From Octopus sinensis (lineage: Eukaryota), in NCBI RefSeq assembly GCF_006345805.1, contig NW_021836134.1, positions 186,001-250,000 of the forward strand: a stretch of DNA of 64,000 bases, in the 5' to 3' direction. Positions 51,180 through 64,000 of this stretch are shown here, piece after piece. Both the position numbers and the translations under genes were made by a program. Within the stretch, counting starts at the first letter, position 1. Each line of letters begins with the position of its first letter. The notes under the pieces are model-generated. The model was given only the letters and a program-made list of their open reading frames with translations. It ran no database searches and was not told the origin of the DNA.

Positions 51180-51960
51180 AAGCATTCATTAATTTGAATT
51201 TGGTAAGTTCATCTGTATATGAAAATGTTTCTATATGCTCAGATTTCTAGTCATTCCTGTTCGGCTGGGTTAATTTAGTTAACTGACAATTGTTTTGTTT
51301 CTGTGAAAAAAAAATTCCTGTTTTATACAACGATTTAAATGAATACAAAACGGCTTGAATCTTAGATGTTGTCTTTGAAAGAATCAAATACAAATCAATA
51401 TTACTGAATTCACCATCAAAGTAGTGGACTGACGCATTATCTAAAAGAAGCAAAATCGTTCCATTTCCACACTCATTTTGGAATTTAACCCTTCAACACA
51501 GTTTTTAAAAATTAAACTGGTGATCCAAGATTTATTGCTATTTTCATATTGAATCCGAAGATTATTCATATTAATATTCTTAAAGCCATGATAATTTTTG
51601 AATTATCCGATTACCAACGGCGGCTCTTTATATCCTTCCATATTTGTGCATAAAAACAGTGTTATTCGTTCTTTAGAAACTTTTCCTAAAGCCCTTGATT
51701 CGGAGTCAAGAACTAATGTTTTTTTGGAGTACATTTAAAAAAAGCAGTTTTATCGCAGTTGGAAAAAATTATTTTTTCTTCTATGACGCCTTGATCCATA
51801 CAATTGCATTTCTTCAACGTTGAATTGATCACTCCAATAGGCACATTGAACCGCTGAGCCAAATTTTTCTTAGTAACATCAGGATTATTTTTTTGAAATC
51901 AATAGCTTCTAGTTTTTGTTGAACTTGATAAGTTTCTTTTTTTCTAGCGAGGAAAAATTA
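51180..51960 (-). mobile_element. pogo/Tigger-like transposase remnant
   Basis: LLLLDNASVH and PLVIG..DN-like DDE_1 segments on the minus strand. Confidence 0.7.
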
Positions 51961-52245
51961 TTTTAAAATTGTATCAAACATTTTAATTTTCGTTATTTAT
52001 TCGTTAAATATATTTAAACACTAAGACAAACAAAAAAATCATTTTCGAATTTATCTAAAGAAAAACGTAAAAAATATTTTGCCTCAAGTAAAAAAGAATA
52101 TTTGTGTTGAATTTTGTTTCGTTAAATGGATAGTATAGTGTATTAATTTTTATCGTGATATGTGATTAACGAGATTTTTTCAAAAAATATACTAATTTAA
52201 TTCACAAATAACGCTACTAGATTTTATTTGAATATGCATAACATA

Positions 52246-53886
52246 CAGTGGGGCAAATAAGTCATGGCACACCTATCATTTTTTTAATTCAATATATTTT
52301 TACAATGATAACTTTTTCGATTTAGTTCATCATGCTACACAATAAAATCTTGCATTCTTTTGAACCCATTTCGTGCTAATTATATTCATGAATTTCAAAT
52401 AAATATAATTGTTTTTGCTGCATATTTAGAAAAACGTCAAATTTGATGTGTAAAAAAGTGATGACACTATCAAAAAATATGGATTTTTTTGACAATAAGA
52501 TACAAATGATTATCTTTTGGTGCCTTGTTTTTTCTTTGAAATAATTGATTCTTAGTTCTATTAATATAATTGATTAGTAGATTCCGATTAGTATAAATAT
52601 ACTTTTATTTTTCGCCTTTTATTAAAATTATCTCGTCGATGAGGAAAGAGCATTCTTTGGACCTAAAACAACGAGTTGTAACTGCCCACCAAAACGGTAA
52701 AAGTTATGGAGAGATTTCTAAATTGTTGATATTACCAAAAAGTACTGTTCGAAATATTATTACTCGATGGAAGCAACGCGGAACTGTTATTAATAAACCA
52801 AGATCGGGTGCTCCAAAAAAGATATCTCTGCGTTCTTCTTCATTAATGAAAAGATTAGTTACTTCAAACCCAAAAATAACTCGAAAAGAATTGGCCGATA
52901 ATTTAAAAATCACAGGAACGTCAGTGTCCCTTCGTACAATCACTTCTACACTACGCAAAGAAGGTATCAATAAGCGAAGGCCCCGTCGAGTTCCGTTATT
53001 AAAGAAAATACACCTTTCAGCGCGAATCCAATATGCAAAAAATCTTTTGAACAAAGAAAATGAATTCATAAACAATATTTTGTGGTCGGACGAATCAAAA
53101 ATACAACTTTTCGGACTGAACTACACGCTTTCAATTTGGCGCAAATCAAATCAGGCGTATATCCCAAAATGCACCATACCTACCGTAAAGCACGGGGGAG
53201 GTAGTATCATGTTGTGGGGTTGTTTTTCATCAACAGGTGTTGGTGAACTATTTGTAATTGATGGAATGATGAATTCTCTTAAATATTGCGAAATTTTGGA
53301 AAAATGTCTTTTACCTTCGGTCGCGAACTTAAATTTGACACAACATTGGACATTCCAGCATGACAACGATCCTAAGCACAAGTCAAAAGTAACCGTTAAA
53401 TGGTTAGAAAAAAAACAAAATAAATGTTTTGGAATGGCCAAGTCAATCGCCAGACCTGAATCCCATCGAAAACTTAGGGAAAATATTAAAAATAAAAGTT
53501 GGCTTAAGAAAACCAAAAAATATCCAGGAATTAAAAACAATTTGCTACGAAGAATGGAAAAATATTTCTAAAGTAGAATGTCAAAAACTAATTTTTTCTT
53601 ACAAAAAACGATTGGAAGCAGTTCTGCTAGCAAAAGGGAATGCAACTAAATATTAATTGGATTTCGTGCCATTACTTTTTTCCCTCAAAAAATTGACTTT
53701 TAAAAATAAATCGTTAATTAGTGCACTATTAATAATTCCCTTTAAGATAGTTTTTTTAATAATTTATCTAAAAAGTTCTATATTACTAATTTATTTTTTA
53801 AAGTAATGTATTTAATAATTTTTTTGCAAAGAATTGTTAAATTTAGTCAAAATTTGCAAAGGTGCCATGACTTTTTTGCCCCACTG
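52246..53886 (+). mobile_element. Complete Tc1 element; DD34E transposase at 52639-53656 with one frameshift
   Basis: TIRs CAGTGGGGCAAA..AGTCATGGCAC flanked by TA. WSDES, FQHDNDPKH, SPDLNPIEN. The frameshift lies next to a poly-A run near 53415. Confidence 0.96.
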
Positions 53887-54399
53887 TAACTTGATTGATT
53901 TGTCAAAAAATGTATTTCTGATTTAAACTCGTCACATTTTAATTTTAATAGTCTGACGTAAATTCTAAAAATAATAGTTTGACGTAAAGTCGGACGTAAA
54001 TTCTAATTTAAATCAATGAAAAAAAATTCAAATCAATTAATTTTTTGCGGTTATAAAAAATTAATATCAATGGAGGATTATGACAAAGCATGACTAATAT
54101 TTCGTGATTTTAAAATTTTATTAAATCATTTCAAATTTTATAAATGCATAAAGAGAATTTTAGAAAGCATTATAAAACTGAATATAATTTAAAGGGGCTG
54201 GCTTTTTCAATGGATATCGTTTGGAATATTGCATGGAAATTGCCTGTCCATCGGTTCGGCGATTAATTTAGATTAGTTTAATTCGGTTTTGTTTTAAAAC
54301 CAAAATTACAGAGTATTCGATATTCACGTGTTATCGTGTTTTTGCGGTGTTTTCTTTTGATCTATATTAATAAAAGAAGCTTTTTTTGTTAAGTTTGTC

Positions 54400-55440
54400 G
54401 GAAAAACCTAATGAAGGAGTAAGAGACGACGAACCCTCTCAACTCACTCTACCAGTCCACATGCTATCTGCTCCCGGAAGAATTCTCGGAAATTGGAGAC
54501 CTCCCTTTTCATGAAGATCTCCCTTCGGAAACTGCAGTGCATGCGACCAGAGAATTCTTTTAGTAGAAAAAAAACTCAAATGATCTTGGAGTTTTAGCTA
54601 TAAAACTGGACATTCAGAATGCATTCAACAGCCTGAGAATTCTCCAAGCCTCCTTGTATTGACGCAGCCGTACGAAAATCCGATTTTATTTTCAACCTAT
54701 GCTGTATCACTAATGCAACCATCGGGGGGGGGGCTCACTGATACTGTGATTGAGGATATTTTCAACATAATTCCCACCCTTTACGAAATTGGATTGAAAG
54801 TAGACGTCAGCAAGTGTGAGCTTATAAATATATCTTGTTCGCCCAAAAAATTTGGTTTCGTATCTAACAAACTGCAACTTCGTCTTCTGAAGCTAACTCA
54901 TGAAGGCGCTATGCTCAGATTAATCCTTATGCTTCCAAGACTTCTATGCTTGCTGCGAACATCAATAAAATCTGCGTGTTTCTATCGCTCGATACTTTTC
55001 TGAAGTTGCCCGCTGAAAAAATTCTAAACATATGCTCTGATGACGCTGGGTAGACTTGTTGCAAATTACCTCTACGCATGGCCCTCCCTTTCTCTCCTCA
55101 TGCGGATCTTCATCACCCAAATCTTACGTTACTTTTGCGGATTGGAAGAGGAGCGGGTTTTTTCTGGAGTTTGTGAACTTTGAAAGGCATCCGGATTGAT
55201 CATTTCATCCAACATCTAACGCCATTGGGATGACATTTCTAATAAAGCTAAAATTGACGCAATCGGACCTACATTGGATTAACATTGCTTTGCTTTTTCG
55301 GTGCCGCCTCTAGACATGAAAGTGGTGCGTGGCTTAATGCCCTCCCTTCCTCCTAGTCTGGAACTTTTTACGATAATGACTGTGTGAGGATTGGCGTAGC
55401 AATGCGTTTGGGTCTTAATTTTGTTGCTCAGCAGGCACAA
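54400..55440 (+). mobile_element. Degenerate CRE-like RT region
   Basis: KLDIQNAFNSL, GLKVDVSKCE, LPRLLCLLRT, SGAWLNA..S, VRIGVAMRLG. Confidence 0.7.
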
Positions 55441-55899
55441 TAAAGTTTACGTCCATATTCATCTTTATACTATTTTTTTAGTTGCTTCATTCGTTGTCTA
55501 CAGATATAAACTCTGGCAGTCTCTTCATTGATTTCAAATTTCTTTTAAAATTTGGCAGCCGAGTGATAACATTATATTTTTTTTTGAGAAGATAATAATA
55601 TGACTTAATATCTAATTGTCTCATCTTACACTTTGGAGTCTATTTGCTTATCCCTAAAAACTGTCATTGTATTTAAATCTCACTTTAAAAACGTTTTTGG
55701 GAATTTTTTATATTTTCAAATTGGATTAGATACTGTAGTGACAGAAGACTGTATTAATTTTTCAAAGAAGTGAATTTATTTTTTAATAATGGTCTAAGTT
55801 AATTTCTCTAGTTATTAAAGCCGTAATTCCACAAATTTTGAAAGTGAAAGATTGAATTCTGTCAAAAATTAATTTTTTGTGAAGAATTTAAAGAAATCT

Positions 55900-58790
55900 C
55901 TAAATCGTATAAGCCTGATAAAATCTATAATCTGAATGAAACTGGATTATACTACAAGTTTGTTCCACTGTAATTATTTGAGACCTCAGCCGCTTTTCCT
56001 TTTATTTGTGGTTTGTTATACAGCTAGTTTTAGTATTTGAGAAAACAAAATTTTTTTCTAAACTTTGTAAAAAGCAGCCCATTTATGGAATGACCTTATT
56101 TTAAAATATGTCCATCTCCCTCATTTATCTATGCCTTAATATATGTGGTAAAAAGCAATCTAAAATGCTTCCAGATGCACAGCAGTCAGATGATTCAACA
56201 CTTAACGGACATTTCAAATGACACCACTTTATTCCATACTCGTGTTATTATTCTTTAATAAGACAATTTTCAAGTGTATGTTTTAACTGGCTGATGGCAA
56301 ATTGAATACGAGATCCCAAAATCGAGTTATTCCAGTTCAACGACCTTCCTCTACTCGGTAAACTGGATTAGACTACTTCGTGTCGATGCATATATAATGA
56401 GTGAGTTTGCAAAAGCTGTTTTTTCGTTCCAGCAAATAAGCAAAAAACTCGCAGTTGACCACCGCACTTTTTTTGAGATTTAAATCGTTCAGTGACCTTC
56501 CAACGATCACCTGGGTGTCTTCAAGCTGTCTTCGATGACTAATGAATGTCCAAATACGAATCAGACCAGAGCATATGACAGATTCGGTCGATCGCCCACT
56601 TCTCGTCGAAAGTCACAATTTCTGTATCTACGCTCAGTTTATCTGTCATGTGCCAGTGGGCGTGTGCAAACCACCCTAATCTATAACCAATGCTAACTAC
56701 GAGGTTACTTATCTTCGAAAATAGCCTTCACTGCGGTTTCAATGTCGCATTTTACAAACGTGCAACACTTCCACGTTTTCAGAAAACCGTCTCGATTACT
56801 TTTGGAGTAAAGATCTGTATTTTTGTCGATGTTTTTTGCCGTAAAAGACTGTTTTTCCTCCTCAAATTCCTTCGAATTAATGTTCCACACAAGAATTAAA
56901 AATAAACTACCATGGACAACTCGGTCATGAGCTCACTGATAATGTCCGTCGTATTTCCAATATCTACACGTGGGACACTCGAGCGCACATTGCAGATCTA
57001 ATAGACCCGAAATAGACATAACCATTACCTCAAATATATACTCGTAATTGTTGATGATAAGTTCTGTGCATTCAATGGCGAACTTTTTCCACGTTATTTC
57101 TTTATCGAGTTGAAGAGTTGGGCTAAGGGGAAGCGAACGGAAGGACTTGTTTTTTGACTTTCTCGCAAATACGGTCTCGCACATGCAGACAGCCAAATCA
57201 TACGCAGACATCTAAAATTAGAATAATCGTCAAACATGTGTCTTGTCTACATTTCTGGAGATTTTGTTGAGTAGTCTGATCCAGACCACCAACGCCTCTC
57301 GGTTTGAATCGGGAAGTACTGTGACCAGGCTGTGCAACAATACCAGTTTATTTCCCCGGAAGCCTGGAATCGACAGGGCTTAATACCGCTCGTGTAAAAT
57401 ATTGTCGAATATTTTCTTGTAAAAAGACATTCTTTGGTATTGCGGAAGAATTTGCTGACCGCAGTGGCAGTCTCATATACAGTAGACATTTTCAGGTTGA
57501 TCGAGTCTACAATGTGCCAGAAGCGACCAACTGAGATTGACTATGCTTGTGTAAAGATGTTTCACAGTCTTCGAACAGCCCGTTTTCCGAAATATAAAGT
57601 GCAGGTTTGATGCATTTTCGTACAAAAAGTCAATCGCTTCCTTCACCACCAAAGGCAGAGGACTTCCATATGCCACATAGTTTATTACGTAATCGTTTTC
57701 GGTAACGTTGATATTCTGTTTCTTATTAAATCTGTCGACTATATAGCATCGATAACTTTGGGATGTGCATCAGTATTTCTGCTTTGGCGATATTCCGCGA
57801 AATTTCGACTTGATGGACCGAAGAGTTCCAAAGGTTCCAACTAAGTCATGCAATCCTACAGACAAACATGGATGGAGTCCTCAGACTCTTCTTGGAGCGA
57901 TGTCTAATCTTCAGAATACACATAAAGTGCATACTGAGGGGCTTGGACACTCTTCGGGGTTTGAACAGGCGTGTTTTACGAATTCTGAAGAAAGCGAGGT
58001 TTTGCTTGTGGCACTCAGATTCGCAGAAATATTGGTTCCGTTATCTACACTGAGACAGAAATGTTTGCCCTTTATTCTGTGGCTGGGGTACTTTGCTTTT
58101 ATTTTGAATAACTGACTGTATCCGTCCGTTCTGACACAGCCAGGCCTCAGGACGTATTCGTGTGCCATGCTTACAAAAGTTCAATCGATCGTTTTCAAAT
58201 CTTATAAACCCCTAATCGACGGACTAACCAAATACATAGATAGTTGCTATAACGATTAGATTGTGCAGTTTTTTGTATTTCGTTTAAATATTAAAAAATG
58301 CTCTCAAATTGGTCGCCTGTCTTGGAAGAGTAATTGATTAATTCGTCTACTGCGCATTTAAAGTGATATTTCCGTCAGTATGGAATGCAAAACAGGTTCA
58401 ATCATTCTTACAACTCTGACAAAATCAGAAATGATTTCACATTCTTGGAACCCTCCAGACAATGACAAATCACGCTGGGGGTTTATTAGATTAATCATTT
58501 GAGAAAAAAGGATTTTACTGCTACTGTAATGACTGTCAGCGAGTTTGGCGTATGAGATACGACTCCAGACTCAAGCCCCGTGTGTTAGTATGAAGGGTGG
58601 AGAAACGATTCTCAACTTTTTGAAAACTAAAGTCGCACCTTTGATAACATGAAGAAAATCAGGCATGTGTCTGCAACGTGCAATTTCCAATTTCCAAGTA
58701 ACAGGAATTGATTGCCCACGTGCAAAGTACTCACCTTAAATGCGCAGATTACTGAATTGATTCTTTTTATATTTGTTCTCATATTTCCTG
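55900..58790 (-). CDS. DLC/STARD13-like RhoGAP with a C-terminal START-like domain (divergent; boundaries approximate)
   Basis: PLPLVVKEAIDFL...FIFRKTG (arginine finger), MSAYDLAVCM, then RDGFLKTWKCCTFVKCDIETAVKAI resembling the START domain start. Confidence 0.6.
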
Positions 58791-59491
58791 TAATTTTAAA
58801 TTATTTGCTCAAATATCGCTGCTTCTTTCTAACATGATTAGGTGGTATGTAATTAAAAAAAACTTATCTAAATGTAAGTCTATTTTTAGTAGGCATTATC
58901 TTAATTCTTAATTGACTTTTACTCCGAAATTATAAAATTTGCATTTTTCAATCCATTCAATTTCCGACAAACCAGATCCTCTTGCCATTCTCCTTTTTTA
59001 CCGAAAAGAATTGAAATTGGATTGGAAGATGCTGTGAATAACTTCAAAAATTTCAAAACATTTTTTGTTGGGACAAACATTTTTCGAATGATTGCTTAGT
59101 CGTTTTGAAAATTATCGAAGACAAAATAAACAAGGAACGGAGAGAAAGTAAAAAAATTATTAGATTATCGATTACCGCCTTTTTTACTCCTCCCTTTTTG
59201 CCACTATTTTGGTCGGTCCCGTTGGTTGCAATAATTAAATTCTGAACAAATATAATTTTGTGGAATAGCGAGAAGTGCATTGTGTTGGAATAATAAAACA
59301 CTGTTTCCACGATACTCAGAAATCGAACGATTTTGAGTGCAGGATTAGTAAAACTGTAGTGAAATATGCCTATTTCATCGTCTGCCGAACTTATTTCAAA
59401 TGTCAGTCAGGCCTCTCAGTCGAGACACATTGCTCCCGGAAACCCAGCGAAACTGCACTACAATCCAGCCCAGTACAGAAGAGGTGATTAA

Positions 59492-60898
<1,407 letters not shown>

Positions 60899-62762
60899 AA
60901 AGTGACTGCCAGTGACTAACCCTAACTACCCAACATTTAATATTGGCTCATACTAGTTTCAAACAGTGTTTTGTCTCTCGTTGACTCTGCTGAGTCACTG
61001 TTCGAGTAGTTTTTACCAGTCACTTGATGTCAATGTTTGTGACACTATTCAGGGTGTCAACAATTTGTTTTCCTGTCATTGAGTGCTAATTATTGGGCCG
61101 AAATAAATCACACTTAATTCATTTGGTCGATTTTTATACTTTTTTTAGATAACTGAAAGCTAAGTTGCCTCATTTTGGTTATTTTGTGAGTAATTTTAAA
61201 ACATATTTGTACATCGAGTGGACAGTGACGTGTAATTTTGACTTTGACCTATTCAAGTGGGTGGGCGGTTTCAAATGTCACCCGAAAAGTCAGAATTTGA
61301 CATAACACAATGCTAGCTCTAATTAGGAATATTTTTTTATCGAAAATTCTATCAGAAATTGACTAAACTCAGCAGCAGGTTGTAGTCATAGAAACATGAT
61401 GAATAATTTTGATATTTTGCAAATTATATATTCTCTAATGAAAATAATACTTTTAAACATATAATTAGTAGCATTTATTTTCAAATAATGTTCCTTAAAA
61501 AGTTGAGGTACTAAACTACGTGCCTGAATAAAGGCATGTTTGGTTTAAGAATGTAATTTGAGAAATTAAGCCGACTGTTAAAGAATTATAATCTGAAAAA
61601 AGGAAAGAGGCCTCAATTCAATGTTTGCCAAAAGATGTGATCAAAAGTAGAACTTGAAACGCTTTATTCAAAAAGATTTATTTTAAAAATCATAAAATTG
61701 GAAAATATACTGCGATATATTGAAAAATTTTAACGACGTCGGATATCTTATTGGTGAATATACCACAAAGAGCGATATAAATTAAATCAGTATATTACAG
61801 AGCGACAATATAAAAATTTTGCGAATGAACACGACCGTTCGAGATGGACAGTTTCTGGCTTTGGCCAATTTTCGATGCACTTGCAAGCCCCTCCCAACAA
61901 TTGTCCGAAACCATTTTGAAAACCTCCCCGACTTTAAAGGCGATCCAATTCTATGTGCTCCTATCTCTAAAAGCAAAATCAAGCGCTGCGATTATTGTGT
62001 TCGAATGATCCAATTTGCTGCTGCCCTTCGTGAAGATTCGCTCTCTTCATCTTCCAAATTATAACTCCTTTTAAAGCATTCAATCTATTTATTTACTATT
62101 CTTACTTATTTGTTTTTGGATAAACCACTTTGCTTACCTTGGGAGTGTTTCTTATATGTGTAGTGTTTGAGTGGTTAGTAATACTTGATTCAGTTCCTTC
62201 TATTTGCTTTTTAAATAATTGTTGACCTTATGAGTCGAGTGCATGTTGATTAATGAATTGGTCGTTAAGAATATCAACTAATCAGTTTCTTTGTAGGTCA
62301 TACTTAAAAGGCAAGGAATCGACTTGGTCTTAAATCATCATAACTTTAAAGGACCCCAGCAGAAAGCACTTTGTTTTTTTAATTAAAAATATATTGAAAA
62401 ATACTTATCCACTTACAAGTAATAACAACTAATTACAGTATCAGCCTGTATGTTTTGGGATTAAAATTATATTTTAATTGATTCCACTTGACCTATCTTG
62501 TCTATATTGTATTCTCCCCTCATAACACACTGCAACAACCTCCAAAATATGAAATAATATTCAAATTTAACATTTTGTCTGGTAGATTGCTAATCGATCA
62601 GACTACTATTAATCAGTGGATATTATTATTAAAACTTTACATGTGGACAATTTTAGAATCTTGTACTTATTGATTGTCTGTCAAATAAACTATAAACGAC
62701 AATATTGGTTTTAACAAGGTCACACAATCCCTTTTCGTGACTGGAGCACTCGGGTATGGAAA

Positions 62763-64000
62763 TTAGGAACGGGGTACTGCCACGTTAATGTTCTTCCCAG
62801 TCTTCAACACCTTGTACTCACCGGGGGGTCTCTCCAACTCAATTTTTAGGCCTTTCCCCAAACTTTGAAGAAGCTGTTTGTTCTCAGTCGACAACCTGGC
62901 CACGGAATCCCCAAAAACGTTCACTTCCTCGACAGTTCTTCTTTCCTCCTTCACAGAGCGAACCAATCGAAGAACCTCTCGGACAATCTCCACTCGCTCA
63001 CATGCCAATTTATCCTCAATACTCCACCCACTCGGCCACTTTTGATAAGCTAAAGGCACGTGCTGTTCCTTTCCGCCATGATAGAGCAACCACTCGCTCA
63101 AAAAGGGCATAAATGGACTCAGCAAGACGAGACAGCACCGACTACACCTGTAAAGACACTGCTCGACTTCCTGGCACTTTCCAACAGCAAGACGCCCTTT
63201 GGACCCCTCCTGACATTAAATAACATGGAAAACCAAATATATTCCGCACAATTCGTTTTGCCACAAATTGCGGATTTCGGCCACAATCAAATGGAAGTCT
63301 CTGTTCGAAAAATGCTCGTCGTAGCAATTTAAAACTTGGGAAACCCGGGAATAAGCCACATCTCCATGTCCTGCTCTGATCCTGTCAACTGAGACAGTCA
63401 AATTAGTCTCCTAACCAGAGGCATTGGAAGGGGTTCAAAATCAGGTGACAATCTCATGTTAATAAATCGAATTGTCTGCCATATTTTGTTGCAAAAATGA
63501 CGAGAAGGAGTAAACATATCTATTCCCAGCTTTATATGAGTTACTACATTAAAAAATTGAATCAACAAATCAATCATTTGAACATAAACGAAAAAAAAAC
63601 CTTTGATGTCGTGAGAACAAAGAGTGAGACGCAACGCATCAGCACCAATTACGTTTCCATGTGTCGGTTTCTTGTGAAATAACCATTTATAGTACCGAAA
63701 TATAATCAAGTGGATCAACCACATTGCCCAAAGATTTACTCATCTTTCTTCCTTTACTATCGCAGACCAATCCATGTAAGACAACTTGTCTAAAGGGCAT
63801 CGTGTCGAGCAGAAGGAGTGACATGAGCATCATTCTGGCCACCCAAAAAAACACAATATCCCCGCCCGTCTCGAGCACTGCCTGAGGGTAATATTGTTTC
63901 AAATATGGGTTGGTCGGCCACCCAAAAACAGAGAAAGGAATTATAGCTGAAGAAAACCACGTATCCAACACATCTTCGTCCTGTTCCATACATTTCAAAT
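62763..64000 (-). CDS. VARS: Valyl-tRNA synthetase, C-terminal part (5' part outside the window), with micro-introns
   Basis: [62 protein letters not shown]. Confidence 0.93.

Noticed and set aside
53400-53440. Programmed frameshift in the Tc1 transposase
   Set aside because: It lies next to a poly-A run, and homopolymer indels are common across the window, so mutation or sequencing error is more likely.
61700-62064. Small Cys-containing ORF between tektin and ValRS
   Set aside because: It may be an exon, but no family could be recognised.

Overview
AT-rich eukaryotic genomic DNA, most likely from a ciliated animal with very short introns. It carries a tektin gene, uses the standard genetic code, and has 20-30 nt GT-AG introns, which suggests a dicyemid-like mesozoan (inference). 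Positions ~1-55,400 are a dense, nested transposon field: hAT, Tc1/mariner, pogo, Merlin, MULE, Ginger-like integrases and MITEs, a Helitron, CRE-like and Jockey/L2-like non-LTR elements. Two host genes are embedded in it, a cathepsin L-like protease and a divergent proteasome beta-like subunit. Positions ~55,900-64,000 are gene-dense: a DLC/STARD13-like RhoGAP-START gene, tektin and valyl-tRNA synthetase. Highlights: (1) an endogenous nodavirus-like RdRp (6703-8732) whose frame is open for 253 aa once a hAT insertion is removed; (2) a TGT..ACA MITE family with telomere-like hexamer repeats, expanded to a 2.4 kb satellite in one copy, and an RFX X-box in each TIR; (3) a CRE-like retrotransposon with a twin-priming-type 5' inversion inside the Helitron; (4) host-sized micro-introns in three DNA transposon superfamilies. 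All calls are by eye from motifs; no database searches were run. Many single-base frameshifts lie in homopolymer runs and may be assembly errors.
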